From Lysobacteraceae bacterium (GTDB taxonomy: Bacteria; Pseudomonadota; Gammaproteobacteria; Xanthomonadales; Ahniellaceae), in NCBI GenBank assembly GCA_021299185.1, contig JAJTHZ010000031.1, positions 1 through 24,000 on the forward strand: DNA of 24,000 bases. The letters run 5' to 3'. This document shows, piece after piece, positions 1 through 8,627 of the stretch. A model generated the notes under the pieces. That model was not told where the DNA came from, made no database searches, and saw nothing but the letters and a program-made list of their open reading frames with translations. The number at the start of each line of letters is the position of its first letter. Within the stretch, counting starts at the first letter, position 1. The translations under genes were made by a program, and so were the position numbers.

Positions 1-75
1 CAGATCGCGCTGCGAAAGGTCGACGGCTGGCAGAGCCTCGCGCAGCCGCCCGCACCGCTTGATCTCGCCGCCTGA
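1..75 (+). CDS. 3' end of an upstream CDS (last 24 codons, product unknown)
   Basis: Frame 1 is open from the window edge to TGA at 73-75 (QIALRKVDGWQSLAQPPAPLDLAA*). 20 of 24 codons end in G/C, as in the confident genes here. Too short to identify. Confidence 0.3.
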   Translation, partial: QIALRKVDGWQSLAQPPAPLDLAA

Positions 76-734
76 CCGATCCACCATCAAGCCGCTGGCG
101 ACGCGCCTCGACGAGTTTCAACCAGATTCGCGACACGACCTGCAGCCCTGCTCCCGGCCTCAGGTGAGAAGGCCGATTGCGGCGGTACCCTGTGCACAAC
201 GCGAGTCAGCCGTGCACTCCGACTGAGAGAGACGATGCACTCCATGCGCACGGCAAGCGGTCCATCTGGCGACAGTTGCGGAGTATTCCCATCGAGTTTC
301 GGAGTGTCAATAACTCCAACCCGGCATGGCCTCCTGCGCTCGTCAAACGGGCCGCACGCAAGCGGATCTCCGGCCCAGCAGCGACTCACGCATCAGACGG
401 TGGCTGGCGGCAGAGCGCGCGCAGCCCGCAGCATCGGCTGGTCGGGGACATCTGCACAAGCTCCGTCGAACGGCACCACCCTCGGCGCCGAAGCTGGTGC
501 GTTGGCCAAACTGCCGCACGCCTGAGGGCCATCGGCGTAGTGTCCGCACGGAGACCAGTTGCTGTCTCGATCGCTGGCGCCTGCGATGGAACGGCAGCCC
601 AGGCCAAGCTCCGTCCACGTAGTCGCACCCTGAATGATCGTCGCATCAAGCACTTGCGCTTGCCATGAAACGGTGAAGCCTTGCTGGTAGGCTCCCGCGA
701 CTCGTCAATCGGGTCGTTCCTTACCGGGGGTCTG

Positions 735-3700
735 ATGCTTCCTCGTCGTTCGATGGCCGCGCTGGTCGCGGCGGGTTCTCTGTTCGCTGCCACTGCCGCG
801 TTCGCGGCGCCGTTCACGCCTGGCAACGTCGTGGTCTACCGGGTCGGCAATGGCGCCGCTGCGCTGAGCAACGCGGGCACCGTGGTCTTCCTGGACGAGT
901 ACACGACGGCCGGCACGCTGGTGCAGAGCATCGCGCTGCCGACCGCCGTGGCCGGCGGGAACCGCGAGTGCGTCGCTGCGGGCACCTCGACCTCCGAGGG
1001 CATGCTGACCCGCAGCACCGACAACCGGTTCCTGGTTGGCACGTGCTATGCGGCGGCGCCTGGCACGGCGAGCATTGCCGGCACCACGTCAGCGGCGACC
1101 AATCGGGTTGTGTTCCGCGTCGGCTCCGACGGCGTCGTCGACACCAGTACCGCGCTCACCGACTTCGCCAGTGCCGGTAACCCGCGCGGCGCGGCATCGA
1201 CCAACGGCACCGACCTGTGGTTCACCGGCTCGACCGGCGGCGTGCGGTACGCGAGCTTCGGCTCAACGACCAGCACGCAGTTGTCGACCACCGTGACCAA
1301 CCTACGCAACGCGTACATCGCCGGCGACCAGTTGCACGTCTCGACCTCGTCCGGCAGCGCGATCCGGATCGGCACCGTCGGGGCCGGCACGCCGACGACG
1401 GCTGGGCAGACCATCGCGCCGCTTCCGGGCCTCCCCATCAGCGCGGGCTCGCCATACGCGTTCGTCCTGCTCGACCTGACCGACGCTGTTGCCGGCAACG
1501 ACACGCTATATGTCGCCGACGACACGGCCAACCAGATCCTGAAGTACGCGCTGGTCGGCGGCACCTGGACCGCGAATGGCACGGTGACCGCGGCTGCGGT
1601 CCGGGGACTTGCGGCTTCGGTCAATGCTGGCACGGTGACGCTGTTCGCCAGCAGCGCCACCGCGCTGCTCAGCCTTTCGGACGCGAGCGGCTACAACGCG
1701 ACGCTCACCGGGACGCCGACGCCGATCGCCGCCGCAGGCACCAACACGGCCTTCCGGGGCATCGCCCTCGCCCCGGTCGTCGGGTCCGTGACGCCGAGCC
1801 TCTCAATCAACGATGTCTCGGTGACCGAAGGCAACACCGGCACCCGCAATGCGGTGTTCACCGTCTCGCTGTCGAGTCCGGCCGGCGTCGGCGGCGTGGG
1901 CTTCACCATCGCCACCGCCGACCAGACCGCGACGGCCACCGTCGACTACGTGCCGCAGAACCTCGCGGCACAGACCATCCCGGCCGGCCAGAGCACCTAC
2001 ACGTTCACGGTGCAGGTCAACGGCGACGAAGTGGTCGAGGGCAACGAAACCTTCCTCGTCGTGGTCACCAAGATCACCGGCGCGACGTCGGACCCGGACG
2101 CCAGCACGGGCGTGGGCACGATCGTGGACGACGACGCAACCAGTGCCACCTTGTCGATTGCCGACGCGACATCCGTCACCGAGGGCGACAGCGGGTCGCA
2201 GCCGCAGAGCTTCACCGTGACGCTGAGCGGCGCGCTGGCGAGCGACGTCGCCTTCACCGCGAGCACCGCCGCAGGCACCGCGACGACCGCGGACTTCGTG
2301 CCGCTGGCGAGCGCGCCTTTCACGATCCCCGGCGGCAGCCTGACCACCACTGTTCCGGTATCGGTGCTCGGCGACATCGATGACGAGAGCACCGAGAGCT
2401 ACACTTTGACCATCGCGTCGTCGGACCCGCGCGTCACGCTCGGCGTCGCGACCGCCACCGGCATCATCAACGACAACGACGATGCGCCGCTGTCGATTCC
2501 CGCCATCCAGGGCGCCGGCGACGCATCGCCCCAGGCGGGCAACACGGTGATCACGGCCGGCAACATCGTGACGGCCGTGGTCTCGAACGGCTTCGTCATG
2601 CAGGCGCCGGCGCCCGGCGACGGGAATGCCGGCACCTCGGACGGCATCTTCGTATTCACCGGTAGCGCACCGCAGTACACGGGCACGACGACTCCGGTAG
2701 CCGTTGGCGACCTGGTCGCGCTGCGCGGACGCGTCGTCGAATTTGCTTCGACGAGCCAGGGTCGCACGCTCAGCGGCACGCAATTCACCAATACGACCCC
2801 GCCGCTCACGATCAACCGTATCGGCACCGGCTCGCTGGACACGTTGGCCCCACCGCTGGCGCTGGATGCCGTGATCCCCAGCCCGAGCAGCGTCGTGCCG
2901 GCGTGCCCGGCACTCGGCAGCACGTTCCCGACCGGGACCGCTGTTCGTGTGCAGAACTTCGAATGCTACGAGTACATGCGCGTCAGTGCGGCCAATGCGG
3001 TCGTCACTGCCCCGAACCTGTCGTTCGGCTCGGACCCGGTCGCTGAAGCGACGGTGTCGCTCGCTGGCGCCCGCACCTACCGTGAGCCTGGTGTTGCGTT
3101 CCCCGTCGCCGGCGAGGACGCCTCGCTGGCCGCCATCACGCCGGCCGCTCCCCCGCTGCCTGCCGGGTTCGTGTGGGACGCGAACCCGGAACTGGTGGAG
3201 TTCGACGCCGATCGACTCGGGCAGCCGAACACGTCGTTCGCGCCCGGCACGCGGCTGTCGGCGACCGGCGTGCTCGGCATCGACTTCGCGGACTACGAGA
3301 TCTGGCCGTCGACGTACGCGCTGTTGGGACCGCAGCCGACGCTGTCGGTCCCAGTACCGGCGGCATCAGCCGACCAACTGACGATCGGGTCGTTGAACGT
3401 GCGTCGTCTGTACGACCTCTGCGACGACCCCTCGCGGCCAGCACCGCCGAACGGCGGGGAACCGTCACTGACGCCCACCCAGATCGCGAACACCAACGCC
3501 AAGCTCGAGAAGCTGTCGGCCTACATTCGCAACATCATGCGCGCCCCGGACGTGATCGGGCTGCAGGAGGTCGAACACCCGAGCGCTCCTGACACCGTGT
3601 GCGCAGGCGCGAGTCTCGGCGTTACTCCCGCGCTGCAACTCTTGGCGAACCGGATCGCCTTGGACGGCGGCCCGACGTATACCGTCGCCTATGGGCAGGT

Positions 3701-4577
3701 GCGGAACGACCCCGGCTTCATCGCGGTCGGTTTCCTGTACCGCGCTGATCGCATCGCGTCTCCAACCTTCACCCAACTCCGCGCGACCGAGCAGTTTTCG
3801 TTCGCCTATACGGACGGCAACGGTGCATCCCAGGTCTCGACCGGCAACCTGAACGATCGGCCGGCGCTGCTGCTGGAAGCCAGCAGCACGGCCGGCACCA
3901 GTCCGCTCCGGTTCGCGGTGATCGTCAACCACCTGCGCTCTCTCGGCGGGATCGACGACCTGCGCGACACCCAAGACACCGGCGACCCGATCACCGCACC
4001 GACCTTCCGCCAGGACGCCCATCGAGTCCGGCAGAAGCGACTACGCCAGGCAATCTCCCTTGCCTGCGAGGTCCAGGCGTTTCAATCGAACGCGGCGAAT
4101 TCGGGCGTGCCGCTGGTGGTGATCGGCGACTTCAATGCCTTCCAGTTCTCGGACGGCTACGCCGACGTCGCCGGCATCATCCGCGGCGACACCAACCCGG
4201 CCCAGTCCGAGTACGACATCGGCTTCGGGGGGACGCCGACCTCGCCCTGCGTCGCATCGGGCGGACAGATCGTCCAGCCGGCGTTGGAGCAGGCGCTGCT
4301 GGCAGTCCCGGATGCGCAGCGCTACTCGTTCAACTTCGAGGGCAACGCGCAGGTGCTCGACCATGCCTTCCTGAACGGTGCGGCGAGCGGTCGCTTCGAG
4401 GGTTTTGCTTTCGGGCGCGGCAACGCAGATGCGCAAGCGAGCCTCGAGTTCGACGTCGCCCCGGCCAACCTGCTCTTGCGGGCATCCGACCATGACGGCT
4501 TCGTGCTGCGCATCAACCCCGGGACACGCCCCACCCAGAGTGGCTGGCTGCTGTTCCAGGACGGTTTCGAACCCTAG
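735..4577 (+). CDS. Secreted multidomain extracellular nuclease: N-terminal repeat domain of unknown function, two Calx-beta repeats, then an ExeM/NucH-like endonuclease/exonuclease/phosphatase (EEP) core
   Basis: ORF 681..4577. I moved the start to ATG 735 (GGGGG 5 nt upstream), which gives a signal peptide MLPRRSMAALVAAGSLFAATAAFA|AP. Calx-beta-like repeats lie at nt ~1791-2090 (SINDVSVTEGNTGTRNAVFTVSLS...VVEGNETF) and nt ~2145-2420 (LSIADATSVTEGDSGSQPQSFTVTLS...DDESTESYTL). From nt ~2490 comes IPAIQGAGDASPQAGNTV...GFVMQ, as in ExeM/NucH nucleases. The EEP fold spans nt ~3378-4520 (LTIGSLNVRRL, IGLQEVE, VIGDFNAF, SDHDG). Confidence 0.85.
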   Translation: MLPRRSMAALVAAGSLFAATAAFAAPFTPGNVVVYRVGNGAAALSNAGTVVFLDEYTTAGTLVQSIALPTAVAGGNRECVAAGTSTSEGMLTRSTDNRFLVGTCYAAAPGTASIAGTTSAATNRVVFRVGSDGVVDTSTALTDFASAGNPRGAASTNGTDLWFTGSTGGVRYASFGSTTSTQLSTTVTNLRNAYIAGDQLHVSTSSGSAIRIGTVGAGTPTTAGQTIAPLPGLPISAGSPYAFVLLDLTDAVAGNDTLYVADDTANQILKYALVGGTWTANGTVTAAAVRGLAASVNAGTVTLFASSATALLSLSDASGYNATLTGTPTPIAAAGTNTAFRGIALAPVVGSVTPSLSINDVSVTEGNTGTRNAVFTVSLSSPAGVGGVGFTIATADQTATATVDYVPQNLAAQTIPAGQSTYTFTVQVNGDEVVEGNETFLVVVTKITGATSDPDASTGVGTIVDDDATSATLSIADATSVTEGDSGSQPQSFTVTLSGALASDVAFTASTAAGTATTADFVPLASAPFTIPGGSLTTTVPVSVLGDIDDESTESYTLTIASSDPRVTLGVATATGIINDNDDAPLSIPAIQGAGDASPQAGNTVITAGNIVTAVVSNGFVMQAPAPGDGNAGTSDGIFVFTGSAPQYTGTTTPVAVGDLVALRGRVVEFASTSQGRTLSGTQFTNTTPPLTINRIGTGSLDTLAPPLALDAVIPSPSSVVPACPALGSTFPTGTAVRVQNFECYEYMRVSAANAVVTAPNLSFGSDPVAEATVSLAGARTYREPGVAFPVAGEDASLAAITPAAPPLPAGFVWDANPELVEFDADRLGQPNTSFAPGTRLSATGVLGIDFADYEIWPSTYALLGPQPTLSVPVPAASADQLTIGSLNVRRLYDLCDDPSRPAPPNGGEPSLTPTQIANTNAKLEKLSAYIRNIMRAPDVIGLQEVEHPSAPDTVCAGASLGVTPALQLLANRIALDGGPTYTVAYGQVRNDPGFIAVGFLYRADRIASPTFTQLRATEQFSFAYTDGNGASQVSTGNLNDRPALLLEASSTAGTSPLRFAVIVNHLRSLGGIDDLRDTQDTGDPITAPTFRQDAHRVRQKRLRQAISLACEVQAFQSNAANSGVPLVVIGDFNAFQFSDGYADVAGIIRGDTNPAQSEYDIGFGGTPTSPCVASGGQIVQPALEQALLAVPDAQRYSFNFEGNAQVLDHAFLNGAASGRFEGFAFGRGNADAQASLEFDVAPANLLLRASDHDGFVLRINPGTRPTQSGWLLFQDGFEP

Positions 4578-4600
4578 CCGCCTGACATCGCGAAACACGC

Positions 4601-4637
4601 GCGGCCCGGGCGGCAACGCTCGGGCCGCTTCTCTTCC
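4601..4637 (+). terminator. Rho-independent terminator downstream of the nuclease gene
   Basis: 12-bp stem: 4601-4612 GCGGCCCGGGCG pairs with 4617-4628 CGCTCGGGCCGC, with one G-U pair. It closes a GCAA (GNRA) tetraloop and is followed by the T-rich TTCTCTTCC. It starts 24 nt after the stop codon. Confidence 0.7.
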
Positions 4638-4651
4638 GCCCCCGCAACCGC

Positions 4652-5479
4652 ATGCAGCCCTCGCAGCACCCCAAGGATGAGGCCGAAAGCAGTGCGCTGG
4701 CGCGCGCCCGGGCGCAGCTTGTCTGCGATGCCGCCGAGGCTCGCGAACTCGAGCCGCCGGTCACGGCGGCTGCAGAGCTGCCGCGTGATCTGCGCACCCG
4801 CCTGCGCCGCGCGCTGCCGCTGCTGGTCCTGCTCGCCGGCGGCGCATTCCTGCTGGCGAGCGGTCTGTATCGCGAGTTGTCGCTCGATCGCCTCGCCGAC
4901 CACCAGCAGTGGCTGCAGGCGCAGGCGCACGCGCATCCGTGGAGCACCATGGGCGGCCTCGCACTGGCCGCCGGCGGCGTGATCGCGACGGGTTTGCCGG
5001 GCGCACTGGCGGTGGTCGTGCTCTCGGGCGTGCTGTTCGGCACCTGGCTCGGCGGGGTGATCGGGATGGTCGGTGGCCTGCTGGGCTCAAGCCTGCTGTT
5101 CGGCGCGTCCCGTTACTGGTTCGCGGGCGGCCAGCCGCCCGCACTGCTGGCCCGCGTGCGCGACGGCTACCTGCGCAATCCGGCGAGCTACACCTTCTTC
5201 ATGCGCCTGCTGCCGGTGTTCCCGCTGGGGCCGTTCAGCGTGGCGCTGGCCTGGCTCGGCTGTCGCTGGCCGCTGTTCCTGGCCGCCACCGCGATCGGCG
5301 CCTGGTTCACTGGCACGGTGAACGCGGCGGTCGGCGCGGGGCTCGCGCACGTGATCGCGAGCCGCCAGCGCATCGATATCGGGCTCTTGTCCGAGCCGCG
5401 GTTGATGCTGCCGCTGTTCCTGTTCGCGGCACTGGCGCTGGTGCCGGCCCTGCTGGGGTTGCGGCGCGGACGCCCGTGA
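4652..5479 (+). CDS. TVP38/TMEM64 (DedA/SNARE-associated-like) family inner-membrane protein
   Basis: 275-aa ORF with several hydrophobic helices and the family-typical core GLPGALAVVVLSGVLFGTWLGGVIGMVGGLLGSSLLFGASRYWF. The start is uncertain: there is no clear SD, and the ATG lies only 15 nt after the terminator. Confidence 0.65.
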   Translation: MQPSQHPKDEAESSALARARAQLVCDAAEARELEPPVTAAAELPRDLRTRLRRALPLLVLLAGGAFLLASGLYRELSLDRLADHQQWLQAQAHAHPWSTMGGLALAAGGVIATGLPGALAVVVLSGVLFGTWLGGVIGMVGGLLGSSLLFGASRYWFAGGQPPALLARVRDGYLRNPASYTFFMRLLPVFPLGPFSVALAWLGCRWPLFLAATAIGAWFTGTVNAAVGAGLAHVIASRQRIDIGLLSEPRLMLPLFLFAALALVPALLGLRRGRP

Positions 5480-5504
5480 TCCGGGCGCAGGGTTGGCGTC
5501 CCGT

Positions 5505-5629
5505 GTGGGAGCCGCTTCAGCGGCGATTGCGCGCGACAGGGGCCCAGGTGGGTCGATCGCCGCTGAAGCGGCTCCCACCCTGCGAATGGGATGCAGCCGC
5601 AGATCGATCGCCGCTGAAGCGGCTCCCAC
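5505..5629. repeat. REP-type repeat cluster A (3 units)
   Basis: Exact 22-mer GTGGGAGCCGCTTCAGCGGCGA at 5505-5526 (forward). Its reverse complement is at 5557-5578 and 5608-5629. Unit starts are 52 and 51 bp apart. The first two units form a 22-bp inverted repeat with a 30-nt spacer. The cluster lies 26 nt after the TVP38 stop codon. Confidence 0.9.
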
Positions 5630-5666
5630 AGATGCCGCCCTGGCCGTCTGTTGCCTGAACGCCGGT

Positions 5667-5696
5667 CTGCCACGCTCTGCTGCGTTGCAGTAATCT
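5667..5696 (+). promoter_or_regulatory. Candidate sigma70-type promoter for the GH17-GT2 gene
   Basis: CTGCCA (5667-5672), an 18-nt spacer, then TAATCT (5691-5696). This is an unusually AT-rich hexamer for this genome, ~45 nt upstream of ATG 5742. Pattern match only. Confidence 0.25.
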
Positions 5697-5741
5697 TGGG
5701 ATCGCGCCCGCTCAGGGACGGGCGCCACTCCCCAAGGACCC

Positions 5742-8396
5742 ATGGCCGCACCCCGTCCTACCGCCGCCGCGTGGGCGCGCGGGCTCGCCATCGCCGCACT
5801 GGTCGCGCTCGCCAATCTCGCGCTGTGGTCGTACACCCATCGCCCGGCGAAGGTGCCCGACTTCGTCGGCCGGGTGGACGGCTTCGCGTTCTCCGCGTTC
5901 CAGCGCTACCAGAGCCCGCTGGAGAACATCTATCCCAGCGTCGAGGAACTCGAGCGCGACATCGCGATCCTCTCGCGCTACGGGCGCAGCGTGCGCACTT
6001 ACGCCTCGACCGAGTCGGTGGCGATCCCGCGCCTGGCGATGCAATACGGGCTGACCGTCACCCAGGGCGCCTGGCTCGACCGCCGGCTCGAGCACAACGA
6101 CGAGGAGGTGACGGCCCTGATCGGGCTGGTGCGCGCCTTCCCGAACATCGACCGCGTGGTGGTCGGCAACGAGGCGATCCTGCGCTCCGACCTCACCGCC
6201 GAGCAGTTGATCCCGTACCTCGACCGCGCGCGCGAGGCGCTGGACGTGCCGGTGTCCACCGCCGAGCCGTGGCATGTGTGGCTGAAGTACCCCGAACTCG
6301 CCGACCACGTCGACTACATCGCCGTGCACCTGCTGCCGTACTGGGAAGGCATCCCGCGGCGGGTGGCGATCGACGACGTGATGAAGCGCTACCGCGAGTT
6401 GCAGGAGGCCTTCCCCGACAAGCCGATCGTGATCGGCGAAGTCGGCTGGCCCACCAACGGCGACCGCTTCAAGTATTCGACGCCCTCGGTGCAGGACTCA
6501 GCGCAGTTCCTGCGCCGCTTCTTCGCGCTGGCCGAGAAGGAGAACCTCGACTACTACGTCATGGAAGCCTTCGACCAGCCGTGGAAGGAGGCGGGCGAAG
6601 GCCGGGTCGGCGCCTACTGGGGCATGTTCAGCGCCGACCGCGAACTGAAGTTCGACCTCACGGGGCCGGTGCCGGAAGACCCGCTGTGGCTGGCCAAGGC
6701 GCTGCTGGCGATCGCGCTGGCGCTGGTGCCGATGCTGTGGTTCTGCCTGCGCTTCGACCACTTCCGCACCGTCGGCAAGCTGTTCTTCTGCGTGCTGCTG
6801 CAGTCTGCCGCGGCGCTGCTGGTGTGGTCGGTGGGCGTGCCGTTCGACTTCTACCTCGACCCGATCGACTGGGCGATGCTGGTGGTGCTGCTGCCCGCGC
6901 AGCTGGCCATCCTCGGCATCCTGCTGTGCAACGGCTTCGAGTTCGTGGAGGCGATCTGGACCCCGAAGTGGCGCCGCCACGCCGGCCTGCGCCACGAGCC
7001 GGCGCGCCGCGACTGGCCCTTCGTGTCGATCCACCTCGCCTGCCACAACGAGCCGCCGGAGATGGTGATCGCCACCCTCGACTCGCTGGCGGCGCTCGAC
7101 TACGAGCACTTCGAGGTGCTGGTGATCGATAACAACACCGAGAAGGACGAGGTGTGGAAGCCGGTCGAGGCGCGCTGCCGCGAACTGGGGCCGCGCTTCC
7201 GCTTCTTCCACCTGCGCCCGTGGCCCGGCTTCAAGGCCGGCGCGCTGAACTTCGGGCTGGAGAAGACCGACCCGCGCGCCAAGGTGGTGGGCGTGGTGGA
7301 CGCCGACTACGTGGTGGAACCGAACTGGCTGCGTGGCCTGGTCGGCCACTTCGACGATCCGAAGGTCGCCATCGTGCAGTGCCCGCAGGCGCACCGCGAC
7401 TTCGAGGGCAACGCCTTCCGGCGCATGACCAACTGGGAGTACGAGGGCTTCTTCCGCATCGGCATGCACCACCGCAACGAGCGCAACGCCATCATCCAGC
7501 ACGGCACGATGACGCTCATCCGCCGCGAGCCGCTGGTCGCCACCGGCCGCTGGGCCGAGTGGTGCATCACCGAGGACGCCGAACTCGGCCTGCGCCTGTT
7601 CAACGAGGGCTACGAGGCGCTGTACGTCGACGAGCCGATCGGCCGCGGCCTGACGCCGGCCGACTTCACCGCCTACAAGTCGCAGCGCTTCCGTTGGGCC
7701 TTCGGCGCGATGCAGATCCTGCGCGCGCACTGGGACTGGCTGTGGGGCCCGGGCAAGCTCGACGCCGGCCAGCGCTTCCACTTCCTGACCGGCTGGTTCT
7801 CCTGGTTCGCCGATGCGTTGCACTTGGTGTTCACCCTGCTGGCGATCGGCTGGTCGATCGGCATGCTGTACAACCCGGACGTGTTCAGCCTGCCGCTGAA
7901 CCTGTTCCTGATCCCGGTGCTGGGCTTCTTCGTGTGCAAGGCGGCGTTCGGCATCATCCTGTATCGCGTGCGCGTGCCGTGCTCGTGGCGCGACACGCTG
8001 GGCGCTGCGGTGGCCAGCATGGCGCTGTCGCACGCCATCGCGCGCGGGGTGCTCAAGGGCCTGGTGTCGAAGGAGCATCCGTTCACCCGCACCGCCAAGA
8101 GCCGCCGCCTGCGCGGCCGGCCCGGCGCGTTCGCCGCGGTGCGCGAGGAGGGCCTGATGTTCGTCGCCCTGATGCTGCTGATCGTGGCGCTGGTGCAGCA
8201 CATCGGCACGCAGTGGTTCGAGGGCAACCTGTGGATGACCATCCTCGCCGCGCAGTCGCTGCCCTACCTGTGCGCGCTGGTGTGCAGCGCGGTCTCCGCG
8301 TTCGCGGGCGAGCGCTCGGGGGCGAAGGGCGATCCGGTGCCGGCGCCGGCGCTCGCCGCCCGGGTCAGCAGCGAGCCCACCGCGCGCGCGGCGTGA
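5742..8396 (+). CDS. ndvB: GH17 glucanase/transglycosylase fused to a GT2 processive glycosyltransferase (NdvB-like beta-1,3-glucan synthase)
   Basis: 884 aa, AAGGA SD 3 nt upstream of the ATG. An N-terminal TM helix is followed by GH17 motifs VVVGNEAIL and IVIGEVGWPTNG (the two catalytic Glu). Next come three TM helices and a GT2 core (VSIHLACHNEPPEMV, FEVLVIDNNT, VVDADY, QCPQ, ITEDAELGLRL, QRFRWAFG = QxxRW). A C-terminal TM bundle follows. The symbol is by analogy to Pseudomonas aeruginosa NdvB; orthology is not proven. Confidence 0.85.
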   Translation: MAAPRPTAAAWARGLAIAALVALANLALWSYTHRPAKVPDFVGRVDGFAFSAFQRYQSPLENIYPSVEELERDIAILSRYGRSVRTYASTESVAIPRLAMQYGLTVTQGAWLDRRLEHNDEEVTALIGLVRAFPNIDRVVVGNEAILRSDLTAEQLIPYLDRAREALDVPVSTAEPWHVWLKYPELADHVDYIAVHLLPYWEGIPRRVAIDDVMKRYRELQEAFPDKPIVIGEVGWPTNGDRFKYSTPSVQDSAQFLRRFFALAEKENLDYYVMEAFDQPWKEAGEGRVGAYWGMFSADRELKFDLTGPVPEDPLWLAKALLAIALALVPMLWFCLRFDHFRTVGKLFFCVLLQSAAALLVWSVGVPFDFYLDPIDWAMLVVLLPAQLAILGILLCNGFEFVEAIWTPKWRRHAGLRHEPARRDWPFVSIHLACHNEPPEMVIATLDSLAALDYEHFEVLVIDNNTEKDEVWKPVEARCRELGPRFRFFHLRPWPGFKAGALNFGLEKTDPRAKVVGVVDADYVVEPNWLRGLVGHFDDPKVAIVQCPQAHRDFEGNAFRRMTNWEYEGFFRIGMHHRNERNAIIQHGTMTLIRREPLVATGRWAEWCITEDAELGLRLFNEGYEALYVDEPIGRGLTPADFTAYKSQRFRWAFGAMQILRAHWDWLWGPGKLDAGQRFHFLTGWFSWFADALHLVFTLLAIGWSIGMLYNPDVFSLPLNLFLIPVLGFFVCKAAFGIILYRVRVPCSWRDTLGAAVASMALSHAIARGVLKGLVSKEHPFTRTAKSRRLRGRPGAFAAVREEGLMFVALMLLIVALVQHIGTQWFEGNLWMTILAAQSLPYLCALVCSAVSAFAGERSGAKGDPVPAPALAARVSSEPTARAA

Positions 8397-8478
8397 GCGA
8401 CCTCGAGCCTGTTGCCTGAGGCTTTCGGGAGCACGCGTCGCCCACAACCGCATCGTGCCAGGAATCCGCGTGCCGCGG

Positions 8479-8603
8479 TCGCCCGCAAGCGGGCTCCTAC
8501 ATGCACTGGCAGCGATCGCGTTCCTGCGTGTGGGAGCCGCTTCAGCGGCGATTTCCCCTGCGACAGCCACCGGCAGGAGCGTCGCCGCTGAAGCGGCTCC
8601 CAC
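8479..8603. repeat. REP-type repeat cluster B (1 variant + 2 canonical units)
   Basis: Variant unit at 8479-8500 (reverse complement GTAGGAGCCCGCTTGCGGGCGA). Canonical forward unit at 8530-8551 and canonical reverse unit at 8582-8603. Unit starts are 51 and 52 bp apart. The cluster sits in the convergent gap between the GH17-GT2 stop (8396) and the tsaB stop (8628). Confidence 0.9.
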
Positions 8604-8627
8604 ACCGGGCCTTCCTCGGGGCGGCCC

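Noticed and set aside
341-376. GTCAAACGGGCCGCACGCAAGCGGATCTCCGGCCC resembling part of a c-di-GMP (GEMM-I) riboswitch (ACGCAA motif plus hairpin)
   Set aside because: Only a short partial resemblance. I could not trace the two-helix architecture or the tetraloop/receptor pair by eye. It needs a covariance-model scan before any claim.
393-653. 86-aa minus-strand ORF with four cysteines in the nuclease leader (possible small secreted peptide)
   Set aside because: It has a GTG start without an SD and no signal peptide. Third-position G/C is noticeably lower than in real genes here. It overlaps several equally unconvincing ORFs.
681-734. Upstream ORF-track starts: TTG 681 for the nuclease, and likewise 10790 for creD, 16687 for the kinase, 16366 for YceI and 18794 for GT41
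   Set aside because: In each case an internal ATG with a better SD gives a proper signal peptide or family-typical N-terminus. The upstream extensions are Arg/Pro-rich and overlap intergenic or REP sequence.
4563-4574. GGTTTCGAACCC, a T-arm-like palindrome (tRNA?)
   Set aside because: It lies inside the last codons of the nuclease CDS, with no surrounding cloverleaf (no acceptor or anticodon arms).
735-4577. Lower G+C of the nuclease gene (sampled lines ~60-72%) as evidence of horizontal transfer
   Set aside because: Codon third positions remain predominantly G/C. The lower overall GC is explained by the Thr/Ser/Asn/Ala-rich amino-acid composition, so I make no foreign-origin claim without genome-wide statistics.
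5505-5629. Regularly spaced repeats (51-52 bp) as a mini CRISPR array
   Set aside because: Units occur in both orientations within a cluster, with only 2-3 units per site. The same unit is dispersed at three loci, and no cas genes are nearby. This behaviour is REP/BIME-like, not CRISPR.
5493-5693. Small ORFs translating the repeats (WEPLQRR / SPLKRLP peptides; also 8455-8688 and 10661-10900)
   Set aside because: The recurring peptide strings are just the REP 22-mer read in frame on either strand. There are no start or SD signals, and the location is intergenic.
6498-8603. 701-aa minus-strand ORF antisense to the GH17-GT2 gene
   Set aside because: The translation is Arg/Ala/Gly/His-rich low-complexity with no motifs. 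It fully overlaps a gene with strong motif support. This is the typical open antisense frame of a high-GC genome.
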